Part shown: positions 1 to 10,530 of the stretch, piece after piece
Position numbering within the stretch: the first letter of the stretch is position 1
Layout: every line of letters begins with the position of its first letter
Origin: Andalucia godoyi And28
Taxonomy: Eukaryota; Protista; Jakobida
Assembly: GCA_009859145.1 (NCBI GenBank)
Contig: VRVR01000016.1
Span: 47,370 to 111,369, forward strand
DNA: 64,000 bases
Direction of reading: 5' to 3'
Notes under the pieces: generated by a model
What the model saw: only the letters and a program-made list of their open reading frames with translations
What the model was told of the DNA's origin: nothing
The model's database searches: none
Made by a program: the position numbers and the translations under genes

Positions 1-728
1 GGACGTGTACGACCGGCTGTGACTCAAACGCTCGGGCTTTATGCGTCCCGTGGATTGTCACTTGTCACTTGTCAGTCTACCCCCCTTCCCCTCCTCCTGT
101 AAGCTGTCAGTTGTTGAGGCGTCTCCTGTCCCTTTTTCGTTCCCTCAATTGCCTTTTGAAAACGGCCGATTTTTTTTCTTTTCTATTCCTTTGCAATCTT
201 TCATCATCATCCATTTTCATCGCACTCGTTTTAAGCACATATCGTTACGCTTCTTTTCTTTTTCTTTTCTCTTTTTTTCTTTCTTTCTTCTTTTGACTTT
301 ACTTTTTGCTCATTTGTTCACATTCGTATAATTCTCCGTAGACACGCTTTTACTGGACTGCATTGCATCTTCTCCACCCAAATCGTCATCATTTGTCTTG
401 CAGAAGCTACAGTGATTGTTGTTATCTTTTTTAACATCGATTCTCAATCTCATTTTTTTATTATAATAATATTGTTTTTCAGTTTCCAAATCAAATCGCC
501 GTCCTTTTTTCCCGCTGAAAAACCTCGTGAAATGCCGTTTTGATCCAAAAGCATCGCATAATTGTCTATATATTTTTCTACTTGAATTGCATCGCATTTT
601 CATTTGCAATTGGTAATTTTCAGATTGTTCATAGTTTTGTTATTGTATTGTATATTTGCGTGCAGAACTAACGGGACCTAGCACGCTCGCACCCGCATCC
701 TCGCACACTGAGATTGATTTTGGAGAAC

Positions 729-3700
729 ATGAGTGCAGGAAATCCAGCCGTGACGCTGTCCCTCGCCAGGTCACTGTCTTCAGCTTCTCTTCTCTTGCAT
801 CCGCTTCCGTCACACTCAGCAATCCCAAAGAAGGATCTTGACACAGGCAGGAAGAAGAATCATGGATCGCAGCAGCAGCAACAGTCGCTGCCCACAACAG
901 CATTTGTACATTCTAACCCTATAATTCCCATGGAGACGCTTTTGAAATCGAGGGAATCAGCTTCGCGCGCGCTGCAGTTGTATTTGAGCCATCTTCCAAC
1001 CCCTCTGCAAATTGCAAATGCGCAGAATAAGGAGCAACGGAAGTATCTGTCTTCGCTCTTCCAGGAAGTGGCAGTCGTTCTTCATCACTGCTTGTATCTC
1101 ACGGAGCGTACGCTTACCGAAGGCATGATCCCCGATGTGATCGCTTGGGTGCCGGTGCTGAGTGCTCATGATAGCCGGCTCTTGTTTACCGCTCCCTTTC
1201 TAACGTATAAGCTGTATTCCAAAGCTGCGATGATGCTGCGAAAGCCTTCTCCACAGCTGCATTCCTCGATCGCTAGTCCGAAAGCAACAAACGCGGTGCA
1301 GGATTCGTCGGCTTCGGATGCTGCAGGAGAGCAGGATCACAGGGAATCCGCAGAATGGGAGACATGTGCCCAGTTTGTGGCGGAAATCCATCAACGAGCA
1401 GTGTCTGCTTACGCAATGCGATCAAAAGGAATGCGTTTAGGAGGAATTGGCGGCCTGCCGACTGGTGCGCCGCCGCTGCCGTCGTCGTCGCATTTATATG
1501 ACGGATGGGCGGCTCTGGGAGCCATTTTGACAGCCACGGCGCATCTGCACATGAGCAGAATGCTACTCTCCATGAAGGGTGTGTCAGCGGCTAGTGGTGC
1601 CGGCAGCGAACGAGCAGAAGATGGCTTGCGACATGCACAAACGGCTGAAAAACTTGTCTCCATGAATGTGGATATGCCACTGGAGTTCCCGTGGGAAAGC
1701 GTATGCAGACAACTGGATCTGACGAACATTCGCGAATTTTGCCAAATGGTAGTTTCTGATGCCAACAAGGCAGTTGAAAGGAAGAGAAAAATGGATTTCA
1801 GAGAAAAGCAGAGGAAGGACGACATGAAAAGAGTATGGGAGAGCGAACATTCGGACGCTGAAAGCGATGGATACGTCACTGTGGAGGAGTACGACGTGCT
1901 TCTCGGAAGCTCGCTGTCTTTGGATGCGAGCTCATCGTCTACGCAGCCGCGGGTCGCGTTTGCAGATGCACAGCACGAAAGAGCCCTTCCGCGGAATGCG
2001 AAAGTTGCTCGTGGAAGCAATAGTAGCAATGGTTCCAAGAATGGCAAACCAAGACCGCCCCTCAGAAAGCAGATCCGCAATGCAAAGCTCTCTCCTGTGC
2101 AGTCCAGAAAATCGCCGCCTCGGAACTCCATGATCTTTCCGCGCACAGTTTCGCCGTCGCCGTTCCCATCTTCTGTGCAAAGCGCGGATCGCCACCCAGA
2201 CACGCATGCCGATGATGAATCCAAAATATCGGTCTCCACTGCATTCGCGTCTAACCTTCATGCACTCCTCTGTGTGCGAAATGACTCAGTCTCAGATAAG
2301 CGAAAATCGAAGCGCCCCAAGACTGGAAACTCCTCTCTGCGATCAGACTTCCTTGTGTTGAGACCCGGTTCGAGCAGCAAGACCCGCACTCGCCTGGAGA
2401 AAGCGCTTGCGTATTCCCAAGTCCCGATGTCCTCCTCCTCCTCTTCTCTGTCGGAAGGAGACTCGCCATCGTCATCACCGTCAATGACGCGCTCCCACTC
2501 TTCCACGTCTGTGCGGAGCTGGAACGCGATGCTGTCTTCCCCGTCCTCCTCTCCGCCAAAGATATTCTCCTCCGACCTGTCTCGTACTCGATCTCGATCC
2601 CGCACAAGCGTCGATTCTCAGTCTCCAACGAGTCCGCGGCCTCGCGGATCTGCTGGCACTGCAGGCTCGGCCCGCAGCTCAGCTAGTGCTCGCAAGCCCA
2701 CAGCTCTTCAGTCTGTTTTCTCTCCGCGCAAGAAAACAGCTGCCAAGCCCAAGGAGCCCAAAGAAAACCCTCTTGTGGCTGCGCAGCGGACTGCGGCGGC
2801 GGTGGTGATACAGAGTACGTACAAACAGTTTGTTCAACGACGGAAGTTTGCAAAATGTGTGGTGTCGATCGGAAAAATTTCCAGATGGTTCAGGGGCATT
2901 CGAGAGCGCATGCGAGTCAAGTCTGCGCGCGTGCTGCTCAGGGCAATGACGACATTGCATGTTCGTCTGCGCTTTATCCGCATCCGTAGATCGACGGTCA
3001 GAATTCAGCGTTGGTATCGCGGAAATGTGGCGAACCGCGAGCTTCGCATGTGCCGATCACTTGTGGTTGACAGCATTCTGCCCGGTGCCATTGCGCATTC
3101 CTTGCATCGTTCCATTTCCGCAGTCAAGATTCAGTCTGCTTACCATTCCTATGCATCCTACAAACGCGAGTTTGCTGCACTTTCCATCCAATCAGCATTC
3201 CGGTACTATCGATCGAGATTGGCCCGGGCAGCGATTCGAATTCAGAGAGCATACAAGGCGTTTATAGCGAGACGTACTCGAAAGGCGATTCTGATCCAGA
3301 GAACATATCGTGATTATCGACGTCGGTTGGCTGCATATGCCGTTATTCTCCGTGCCGTTTGGCATTATTTGAACAGAAAGCGCGCAGGGCGTGCACTGTC
3401 TGCGCTTCTGATCCAGCGCATTGGGCGAGGATACCTGGCTCGAAAGTTGGTCAAACGACGTCGGTTGGAGAGAGACTCCGCCGTGAAAATCCAGTCCATT
3501 GTCCGTGGACGACTGGCGCGGAAGCTCTTTCATGAGCTGCAGGCTGCGGAATTGAGGAACTCTTCCGCATTGTCCATTCAGTGTTGCTTCCGGTCCTCTT
3601 GTGCTCGACAGGAGTTGTCGCGACGACGGTTGCAGAAGACGCAGACTGACGCTGCTCTTTGCATCCAAACGGAGTTCCGGAGATTTTCGAGCCAGCAGTT

Positions 3701-6700
3701 GCTCGCAAGGCTACGTTTAGAGAAGCGGCGGCATGTCGCTGCCATCAAGGTAGAGTGTGCTGTTCGGTGCTACCTTGCCTACCTGAAACTGCAGTCGCTG
3801 AAGAGACTGCGAATCCGTACAAGAGCTGCAATACTGGTTCAGTGCGTCTGGAGGTTTTTCCGAACAAAGAGCGCCGTTTCGCTTGTCCAACGCGTTTTCC
3901 GTGGATACTTGGTTCGGAAATCGGATCTGATTTCGAGCATGCGATCGGCAAATGACCTTCGCCGGATGTCTGCAGGAAGAATCCAGAGGTTATGGAGAGG
4001 CTACGCTGTTCGAAGGTTCAGCGTACCGGCCGCCAAAATTGAAGCCGCATATTTATTATATCGCAGCCGTCTTTTAAGACGCGAAGCGGCGTTGGTCATC
4101 CAAAGGTGGTGGAGGTTCCGCTGGAGCTTGTCTGTCGTGCTTCCGCAGTCTGCTGTTTGCATCCAACGGTGGTGGAGAATCGTGCACAGGAAGATTGCCA
4201 CAGCCATTATCCAGAGAATTTGGCGAGGATATGCGTGTCGAGTGCAAAGTGCCAAGCGGCAGTCATCGGCACTCCTTATTCAGCAAGCTTGGCAGTATCA
4301 TCTTGGTATTCGTCCCTTTATGACCCAGAATGCAACATCCGTTGTGGAGCGGTACGCGAGACGATTTGTTGTTCGTCGTCAGCTGAGAAAGCTGCGCAGA
4401 GCAGCGGTTCTGTTGCAAGCGGTTTGGAGGTTTCGCCGTCTGCGATTTGCTGCCAATCGCATTCAATCGTGGAGTCGTGTGTACGTCCCACGAGCGCAGC
4501 AGCGTCGCCTGAAAGCTGTCCGGTGCATTCAGAAGTTTTACAGAAATCTTTGTGAAAGGCTTCGGAAGCGGAAAACCGCAGCAATGCTCATCTGCCGAAA
4601 CATGAGGTCGTTCACTCGGCAACTCGATCTGCAGCGACGAAACTCGGCGTTTGTTCTCCGACTGCTGGCGCTTGAGCGTTTGATGTACACGACAGCCGTG
4701 CGCTCCATAGCTGCCAGAGTCTTGTCAGCTGCGCTTGGAAGGCATTTGTCGAACAAGACACGTTGCGAAAATGCATTTTTGAGGCAGATTGTGTACCGAC
4801 GTCGATGCGCCGCAATTGAAATGCAGCGGTCTTGGCGGTGTTTTGATTTTCAGCGAGCGATTCTCAGGAAACTGCGTGCTGCTGTTTTCCGAGCCTGGCG
4901 TGACCAGGCGAACACGCAGATTGCAGACCGTCGCCTTCGTTCTGCTGTTGGGATCCAACGTTCGTGGCGGTGCTTTTCTTTCCAGTGTGCTCGTGCAAAG
5001 AAATCGCTGCGTACCAACTTTGAAGCGTGGCATCAGCAATTCAGAGATTTGCATATTCAGCGAGTTCTATTGTTCACCGAAGACAAGCTGTGGTACAACC
5101 ATGTGTTCCTTGTTTCCGTGCGGAAGATCCAAAAGGTATTTCGTCAGTATCGGTTTAACCGGTCCAATTCGTTCATGTCTTCCGTCATCCGCATCCAGTC
5201 CTCATTCCGCATGTATGCTGCTCGCGCGCGATTCCAGCGGATCCGCAAAGGGTTTGTTGCCTTCCAGGTGCTTTATGGTTCTTATGTGCGGAGACAGGCT
5301 TCGTCGGTGAGAATTCAGTCTGCTGTCCGCGGCATGCTGTGTCGTCGACGAAAGCAAAAGATTCTACGAGGGTTTTATCACTTGCAAGCGATCGTCAAGT
5401 TGTACGTGCGTCGCAAGCATGCTGCAGTGAAAATACAGCGTTGGTACCAGACTCTGTGCACCAGATCAGCGTTTGTCCATCGGCTGATACATCAATCCGC
5501 AAGCCGTGTGTTCGAGCGGGTGAAAGCAGGTGTTATCATTTCGCGGTTTGTTGACGTATTCTATCCTATATACACTTCCCGTTGCATCCGAAACAGTGCG
5601 TATCGCATTTGGCATCTGTTCGTCGGATGGAAAACAAGACGCAATCTCAAGACGCAGCATCGTGCAGCACGTCGAATTCAGGCTCTGGTGCGGCGTGTCT
5701 GGTTTGGCCGACAAGTTCGGCTGATGCAAAGCTTGGTTCGAGGATTCCTTACACGATCGAGGTTGAGACAGTCTCAAGAGGCCGCATGGCGTTTGCAGTA
5801 TCGCTCTCGCGCATTCCTTGCGCATCTGGCCACGCAACATCTGCTGCAGAATGCTTTTTATGCTATCTACAGTTTGCAGAAAGTTGCCAAGAGACGCCTT
5901 GCCATGCGTCGGTACGAACAACTGCAGACGATTGTCGTCAGCGTGCAGAGGTCTTTCCGAGGATATTTGAATTTTCTTGAGAGACGGCTGGAGAGTGCAG
6001 AGAGCCTCGTCAAGAGGTGGCATTCGTCTGTAGCTATTCAAAGAATGTGGAGGGGGTACTGCGGCAGAGCATGTATCGGTCGCATGTATGACTCGGCCAT
6101 CAACATTCAGCGAGTTTACCGTGGTTATCTAGGAAGACTGATGTTCCGTCATCAGCTCTACCTGGCGACTCCGGCGTATGTTGAGGACCAGATTGCCCTG
6201 CTTTCTGCTCGAGAGCAGTACTCCAAGATGAACAGAGCAGCTGCCGTCATTCAGCACTGTTGGTTCCGCCATCTAGCCTCCAAGGTTTCTGCATTGATAG
6301 TTGCAAAGCCTTTCGTGATGACGACCAAGATGATCGCTGCAAGCCAGGAAACAGCAGCGACGCGGCGTGTGCAGCGCATCCGTGCTGCCACCAAGATCCA
6401 GCAATGGTTTGTTTACCGGGTGTTGTTTATGAGAGCGTACAAGATGTTGGTTGTCTCGACAATTCACCGAGTCGAAAAGGACGAATGGAACAACTCCATT
6501 AATCTGCATTTCCACGAAGGCATATATTGCAGCGATCAGGAACTGTCAAGATTTCTCTGGGTCTGCTATTTCTCTGCAGTGAGGCTGAATTTAATTCGTC
6601 CTTCGGATTCTAGTCCGATGGCGCAACGCATCTTGAGTTCACGGATTGCGAATCGACGCAAGTTGATCGAAGAGGAAATGGATTTGCTGATCCGAGTTTC

Positions 6701-8309
6701 GGACAAGCGACCCCTTTCTGGAATGGGACCGCGATCTCCACGATCCCCGAGATCTCCCCGGTCTCCCCAATCACGGTCTCTCTTCGTTCGCCCGACTTCT
6801 GCCCCTTTTGCCCATGCAGAGATTGCAAAAGATCTTCGTCGGGAATCGCTAGATCGCATTTCTCCTGTGGTTTCCGAAGACCTGCCGAACTTTGACATCG
6901 TAGATGGCATTCTGCAGTCCAGGCGTCTCTTCCCTCCTTTCGTTCTTTTTGTCCGAAAGATGCTGCATCTCCGATTCTTCATGCGAGAAGAGTCTGTCCA
7001 AGCAGGAACTACGCTGGCAGTTTCTCGTTCTTCGGAAGAAGAGTTCGAGTATGTGCCCTCCGAATCGGATCTATATTCCAACGATGGAGAGGTGACTGAA
7101 GACGATGGTGCGTCCGTACACAATTCTGTCGTGGACATCTCCGGAGAAGCTGCACCCGATCAGCTTGTCCAGACATCCCTGTCCAAGAGAAATGTTCCCA
7201 TCTCGTTTTCCTCGGCTTCCTGGAATAGCATCATGCAGCTGCCATCGGCGTCATCGATGGAAGCGGCGTCTTCTAATGCAAGGCTGTCGCAGACATCAAC
7301 GGACGATGCTCCTCATTCTTCGGACGCAGTTTCACAGTCTGCCTCTGCGACTCGGCTGAGAGACGTCATTTCGTCTGTTGTGAAAGAAACACACGCCAAG
7401 CATGTTGTCAAGCTCACGTTGGACGAATGGAAAGAGCAGGTTCGTCAACGGAGAGAGCACCTGAAGGCTGTTCCCAAAAGTGAAATCCAGCAGCGGTACA
7501 TGTCCTGGAGAGCACAGGCCTCTTCCTCCGCAGCAAGTCGGTCTGCGGAATCACCTCGCGTGTTCACGCCCCGCTCGGGCACCACCGACCTGCGACCTGC
7601 CTCGGGTAGTACTGAGACGCCTCGCTACGAATATGCACTCTCTCCGCAATTCCTTGCGGATTTCCCGAATCCCAACCCGAACTTCCTTTACAGCCCCGCC
7701 GAAAATGTTGATGCTGATGTTGAATTCGATGCCCTGCGAACCCAGTTTGAAGATGCGTCGAGCGTTCTGGAGAAACTAGTACATCCACGTCGTCCATCTG
7801 CCCAGAAGCACTTGTCGAAGCCAATGGCATTGAACATCCGCCCCACACTATCCAGCGGAGCCAACTTTCGAAAACGAGTGTATGGCTCAACCAAGGAGCT
7901 GGGAGCCCGTGCAGACGCGCCGCCTTCTGCTGCCTACGCCTCGTCGTCGTCGTCGTCATCATCATCATCTTCTTCTTCTTCTTCTTTGGACCTGAGCAGA
8001 GTTGCGTACAGGACCACGTCTCCTGGCGCTCGCCGTCCTAGTTCTCGAGAGCGACTGTCTCCGCAGCACGGCTTACCTCCTCGGCCTCCTTCGCGATCCC
8101 GTCCCATTTCTGCGTCTTCCAGACCCTCTTCTGCGAGAATTGGATCCCGACCAGGCTCGGCTTCGTCCAATCGATCCCTCTCCCGACCTCAAAGCGCAAT
8201 GCGTCTCGAGCCGTCTGCGACCCCGGAGCCAGAAGATGAGATCGGTGAATGGTCCGACTTCACAAGCGAGGAGGAGCGTTCGTGGCTTGTGTCGTCTGTC
8301 GTCCGGTAG
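729..8309 (+). CDS. Giant IQ-motif (calmodulin-binding) repeat protein, ASPM/abnormal-spindle-like tail, with S/P/R-rich termini
   Basis: Uninterrupted 2531-codon ORF (first ATG at 729). It has dozens of IQxxxRGxxxR motifs (e.g. IQRIGRGYLARK, IQSIVRGRLARK, IQRLWRGYAVRR, IQRVYRGYLGRL). No CH domain recognised by eye. Confidence 0.8.
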   Translation: MSAGNPAVTLSLARSLSSASLLLHPLPSHSAIPKKDLDTGRKKNHGSQQQQQSLPTTAFVHSNPIIPMETLLKSRESASRALQLYLSHLPTPLQIANAQNKEQRKYLSSLFQEVAVVLHHCLYLTERTLTEGMIPDVIAWVPVLSAHDSRLLFTAPFLTYKLYSKAAMMLRKPSPQLHSSIASPKATNAVQDSSASDAAGEQDHRESAEWETCAQFVAEIHQRAVSAYAMRSKGMRLGGIGGLPTGAPPLPSSSHLYDGWAALGAILTATAHLHMSRMLLSMKGVSAASGAGSERAEDGLRHAQTAEKLVSMNVDMPLEFPWESVCRQLDLTNIREFCQMVVSDANKAVERKRKMDFREKQRKDDMKRVWESEHSDAESDGYVTVEEYDVLLGSSLSLDASSSSTQPRVAFADAQHERALPRNAKVARGSNSSNGSKNGKPRPPLRKQIRNAKLSPVQSRKSPPRNSMIFPRTVSPSPFPSSVQSADRHPDTHADDESKISVSTAFASNLHALLCVRNDSVSDKRKSKRPKTGNSSLRSDFLVLRPGSSSKTRTRLEKALAYSQVPMSSSSSSLSEGDSPSSSPSMTRSHSSTSVRSWNAMLSSPSSSPPKIFSSDLSRTRSRSRTSVDSQSPTSPRPRGSAGTAGSARSSASARKPTALQSVFSPRKKTAAKPKEPKENPLVAAQRTAAAVVIQSTYKQFVQRRKFAKCVVSIGKISRWFRGIRERMRVKSARVLLRAMTTLHVRLRFIRIRRSTVRIQRWYRGNVANRELRMCRSLVVDSILPGAIAHSLHRSISAVKIQSAYHSYASYKREFAALSIQSAFRYYRSRLARAAIRIQRAYKAFIARRTRKAILIQRTYRDYRRRLAAYAVILRAVWHYLNRKRAGRALSALLIQRIGRGYLARKLVKRRRLERDSAVKIQSIVRGRLARKLFHELQAAELRNSSALSIQCCFRSSCARQELSRRRLQKTQTDAALCIQTEFRRFSSQQLLARLRLEKRRHVAAIKVECAVRCYLAYLKLQSLKRLRIRTRAAILVQCVWRFFRTKSAVSLVQRVFRGYLVRKSDLISSMRSANDLRRMSAGRIQRLWRGYAVRRFSVPAAKIEAAYLLYRSRLLRREAALVIQRWWRFRWSLSVVLPQSAVCIQRWWRIVHRKIATAIIQRIWRGYACRVQSAKRQSSALLIQQAWQYHLGIRPFMTQNATSVVERYARRFVVRRQLRKLRRAAVLLQAVWRFRRLRFAANRIQSWSRVYVPRAQQRRLKAVRCIQKFYRNLCERLRKRKTAAMLICRNMRSFTRQLDLQRRNSAFVLRLLALERLMYTTAVRSIAARVLSAALGRHLSNKTRCENAFLRQIVYRRRCAAIEMQRSWRCFDFQRAILRKLRAAVFRAWRDQANTQIADRRLRSAVGIQRSWRCFSFQCARAKKSLRTNFEAWHQQFRDLHIQRVLLFTEDKLWYNHVFLVSVRKIQKVFRQYRFNRSNSFMSSVIRIQSSFRMYAARARFQRIRKGFVAFQVLYGSYVRRQASSVRIQSAVRGMLCRRRKQKILRGFYHLQAIVKLYVRRKHAAVKIQRWYQTLCTRSAFVHRLIHQSASRVFERVKAGVIISRFVDVFYPIYTSRCIRNSAYRIWHLFVGWKTRRNLKTQHRAARRIQALVRRVWFGRQVRLMQSLVRGFLTRSRLRQSQEAAWRLQYRSRAFLAHLATQHLLQNAFYAIYSLQKVAKRRLAMRRYEQLQTIVVSVQRSFRGYLNFLERRLESAESLVKRWHSSVAIQRMWRGYCGRACIGRMYDSAINIQRVYRGYLGRLMFRHQLYLATPAYVEDQIALLSAREQYSKMNRAAAVIQHCWFRHLASKVSALIVAKPFVMTTKMIAASQETAATRRVQRIRAATKIQQWFVYRVLFMRAYKMLVVSTIHRVEKDEWNNSINLHFHEGIYCSDQELSRFLWVCYFSAVRLNLIRPSDSSPMAQRILSSRIANRRKLIEEEMDLLIRVSDKRPLSGMGPRSPRSPRSPRSPQSRSLFVRPTSAPFAHAEIAKDLRRESLDRISPVVSEDLPNFDIVDGILQSRRLFPPFVLFVRKMLHLRFFMREESVQAGTTLAVSRSSEEEFEYVPSESDLYSNDGEVTEDDGASVHNSVVDISGEAAPDQLVQTSLSKRNVPISFSSASWNSIMQLPSASSMEAASSNARLSQTSTDDAPHSSDAVSQSASATRLRDVISSVVKETHAKHVVKLTLDEWKEQVRQRREHLKAVPKSEIQQRYMSWRAQASSSAASRSAESPRVFTPRSGTTDLRPASGSTETPRYEYALSPQFLADFPNPNPNFLYSPAENVDADVEFDALRTQFEDASSVLEKLVHPRRPSAQKHLSKPMALNIRPTLSSGANFRKRVYGSTKELGARADAPPSAAYASSSSSSSSSSSSSSSLDLSRVAYRTTSPGARRPSSRERLSPQHGLPPRPPSRSRPISASSRPSSARIGSRPGSASSNRSLSRPQSAMRLEPSATPEPEDEIGEWSDFTSEEERSWLVSSVVR

Positions 8310-8715
8310 TAGTCATTTGCGCCACCCCTCTCTTCCGCGTGCTTTCTCATTAAATTAAATTTTAAAAAAAACGTTTTCTTTTTTTATATAATCATCGCGT
8401 CCGTCCTTTTGCCGTGTGTAGCGTGCTGCGCTTCGGGCGCCTGCATTGTACGTTGATGCATGACGATGCTCGCTGTTCCGTCCCCATCGGCATCAATTGA
8501 TCCCGGTTCCTCTCTCCTATTCATCATTTCTCCCAGAATCATCGAGCTGGACTTCGGCAGCGATTTTGCATCTTTCGGGTCTTCTTCTGTTTGCCATGCA
8601 GAACATTGGAGGAGGGGCGGCTATCGTCTCTTGGTCTTGGTGTTTTCAAACAACAAAAACAACCAAATAAAATTGATTTAGCTTGCGGTGCACAGTTCAT
8701 ATTAGCGTGGATACG

Positions 8716-10329
8716 ATGCATCGGCATCTGATCCAGCGTTTGCGTTCGTGTGTGCATTGCAGAGAATCCGGTTCCTTTGTTCTTCGATTGTATCGTTCAT
8801 ATTCCAGCGTCGCTGCGGATTCGACGTCTGATTCGCACCATGCGGCGGTGGTAGTGGCATCCGAGTCCAGTCCAAGAAGGGATCCGTCTGCCAAGAATGC
8901 AAGTGAGACGCAAACAACAAGTTCATCATTCAGCACGCACACTGATAGCACTCGTCAGCAGACCGAGAGTCAGAGGCAAGGTGCCTATGGTGGCGGACAT
9001 GGCGTCCACTCTCGTTCGCGAGGCGGTCCTAGAAAGGACAAGATGTCGTCTTCTGGGAAACTGTCGATTTCTCTGGATGGACTGTTTGAACCCGTTCGAG
9101 GATTCCGTAATGTATATGCAGCCGACCATTTTTCATACGCGTCGACGCTGTGCGAGACCGTTCCTCCCGAGTACGCATCGATTGAGCGTGCTGCGGCCGC
9201 GGCTGCGATTCGCGAGCCAGGGAGAGACATGTACAAACGAGGCGCATCCAGGATTGTCTTGTCTCCAGAAACCGGAGCGGTTTCCCCTCCACCTCTTATC
9301 GAAAACATGTATGATCCACCAAGGTTGCTGACATCATTTTCAACTTTGGAGACGGGATCTATTGCACAGCCGGGGACTCTGTCGCTGTTTCGTTCGCCTT
9401 CCGTTCCGTTTAATTCTCTGGAAATGCTGCACTCAGAAGAACTGGCGCTGTTGATGCCACTACCCCCTTTCAACGGGGCCCCTCCAAAGAAGTTTTTGTC
9501 GCAAGACCGTCCTGCGCATGAGGATTTGGACCACATGCTTGCGACACTTCGAAACGTGAACCGTCTGTCGGAGTCACTGACGGTTCTCAGGCCACGTTTC
9601 ATCACGTTTCGCAAAGTCCTGTCGCGCTTCCTTTCCTTGGGATTTGACTGGAGGGAGAGCATACGATTTCGCATCCATCGATTGCATGACTGTTTGTACA
9701 TGGATTGTGTGTCGCACACATCCGAACTGGAGAGAGACCACTTGTACCACAAAGTAGCGAAAGCATTCGAAGCCGCCTGTACTGGAGTTTCATATTCCAC
9801 GGCGCAGAACACTTCGTTTGCTGCAATTTTTGCCACGCGTCTTGCGGGACACGCGGGACTCATGGCCGCCGAGGTGGACTGTGTCGACGCAGGAGGCTAT
9901 TTCCGAGAATTGAAAACTGCGGTGCCGTTCCATGCGATCAGCAACAGCACTGCTGCGTTTAAGTGGATCCGCACGTGGGCACAATCGTTTCTCGTTGGGA
10001 CACCACGGGTGACATATGGTTTTCGATCTCGGGAAGCTCCTGCAACGATATCCGATGTCAAGACGTATGATGTCGCGAGAATTCCGGATATTTGTGCAGA
10101 TTACTGGACCCCGGCCTCTGTGCTGTCATTTTCGGCTCGTTTGTTGGGCGTCTTGCTGGATGAGACGGAAGAAGGCGCGCAGTACATCGTGGATGTTTCC
10201 GGCGAAAAAAACTCGCTCGAGATAGAAATGCTGCCGATTGCGACGCCCTCATTTTTACCGACATGGTATGTGCGATTTTTGCAACAAAGGATGGGGTATC
10301 CTCTGCCAGATGCTCTTAATTATGGATGA
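8716..10329 (+). CDS. DXO: DXO/Rai1/Dom3Z-family decapping 5'-3' exoribonuclease with an N-terminal extension
   Basis: Rai1 motifs FITFRKVL, AEVDC, ELKT and KWIRTWAQSFLVG...YGFRS. First ATG at 8716. Confidence 0.85.
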   Translation: MHRHLIQRLRSCVHCRESGSFVLRLYRSYSSVAADSTSDSHHAAVVVASESSPRRDPSAKNASETQTTSSSFSTHTDSTRQQTESQRQGAYGGGHGVHSRSRGGPRKDKMSSSGKLSISLDGLFEPVRGFRNVYAADHFSYASTLCETVPPEYASIERAAAAAAIREPGRDMYKRGASRIVLSPETGAVSPPPLIENMYDPPRLLTSFSTLETGSIAQPGTLSLFRSPSVPFNSLEMLHSEELALLMPLPPFNGAPPKKFLSQDRPAHEDLDHMLATLRNVNRLSESLTVLRPRFITFRKVLSRFLSLGFDWRESIRFRIHRLHDCLYMDCVSHTSELERDHLYHKVAKAFEAACTGVSYSTAQNTSFAAIFATRLAGHAGLMAAEVDCVDAGGYFRELKTAVPFHAISNSTAAFKWIRTWAQSFLVGTPRVTYGFRSREAPATISDVKTYDVARIPDICADYWTPASVLSFSARLLGVLLDETEEGAQYIVDVSGEKNSLEIEMLPIATPSFLPTWYVRFLQQRMGYPLPDALNYG

Positions 10330-10530
10330 AAAGAAGGAGGCGATGAGTAGGGGAAGAGGGGAATTCTTCTTCTTCTATTATTATTATCATCATCGCCATT
10401 ATTATTATGATTGTGATTGTTATTGTTGCTGTTATTGTTATTGTTATTGTAACTCCTGGTATGATATCTCTAGTAGATCAAACATCTTTTTAGACAATTA
10501 CCGAATGATGCCTTGTATGCTCGACGCAAG

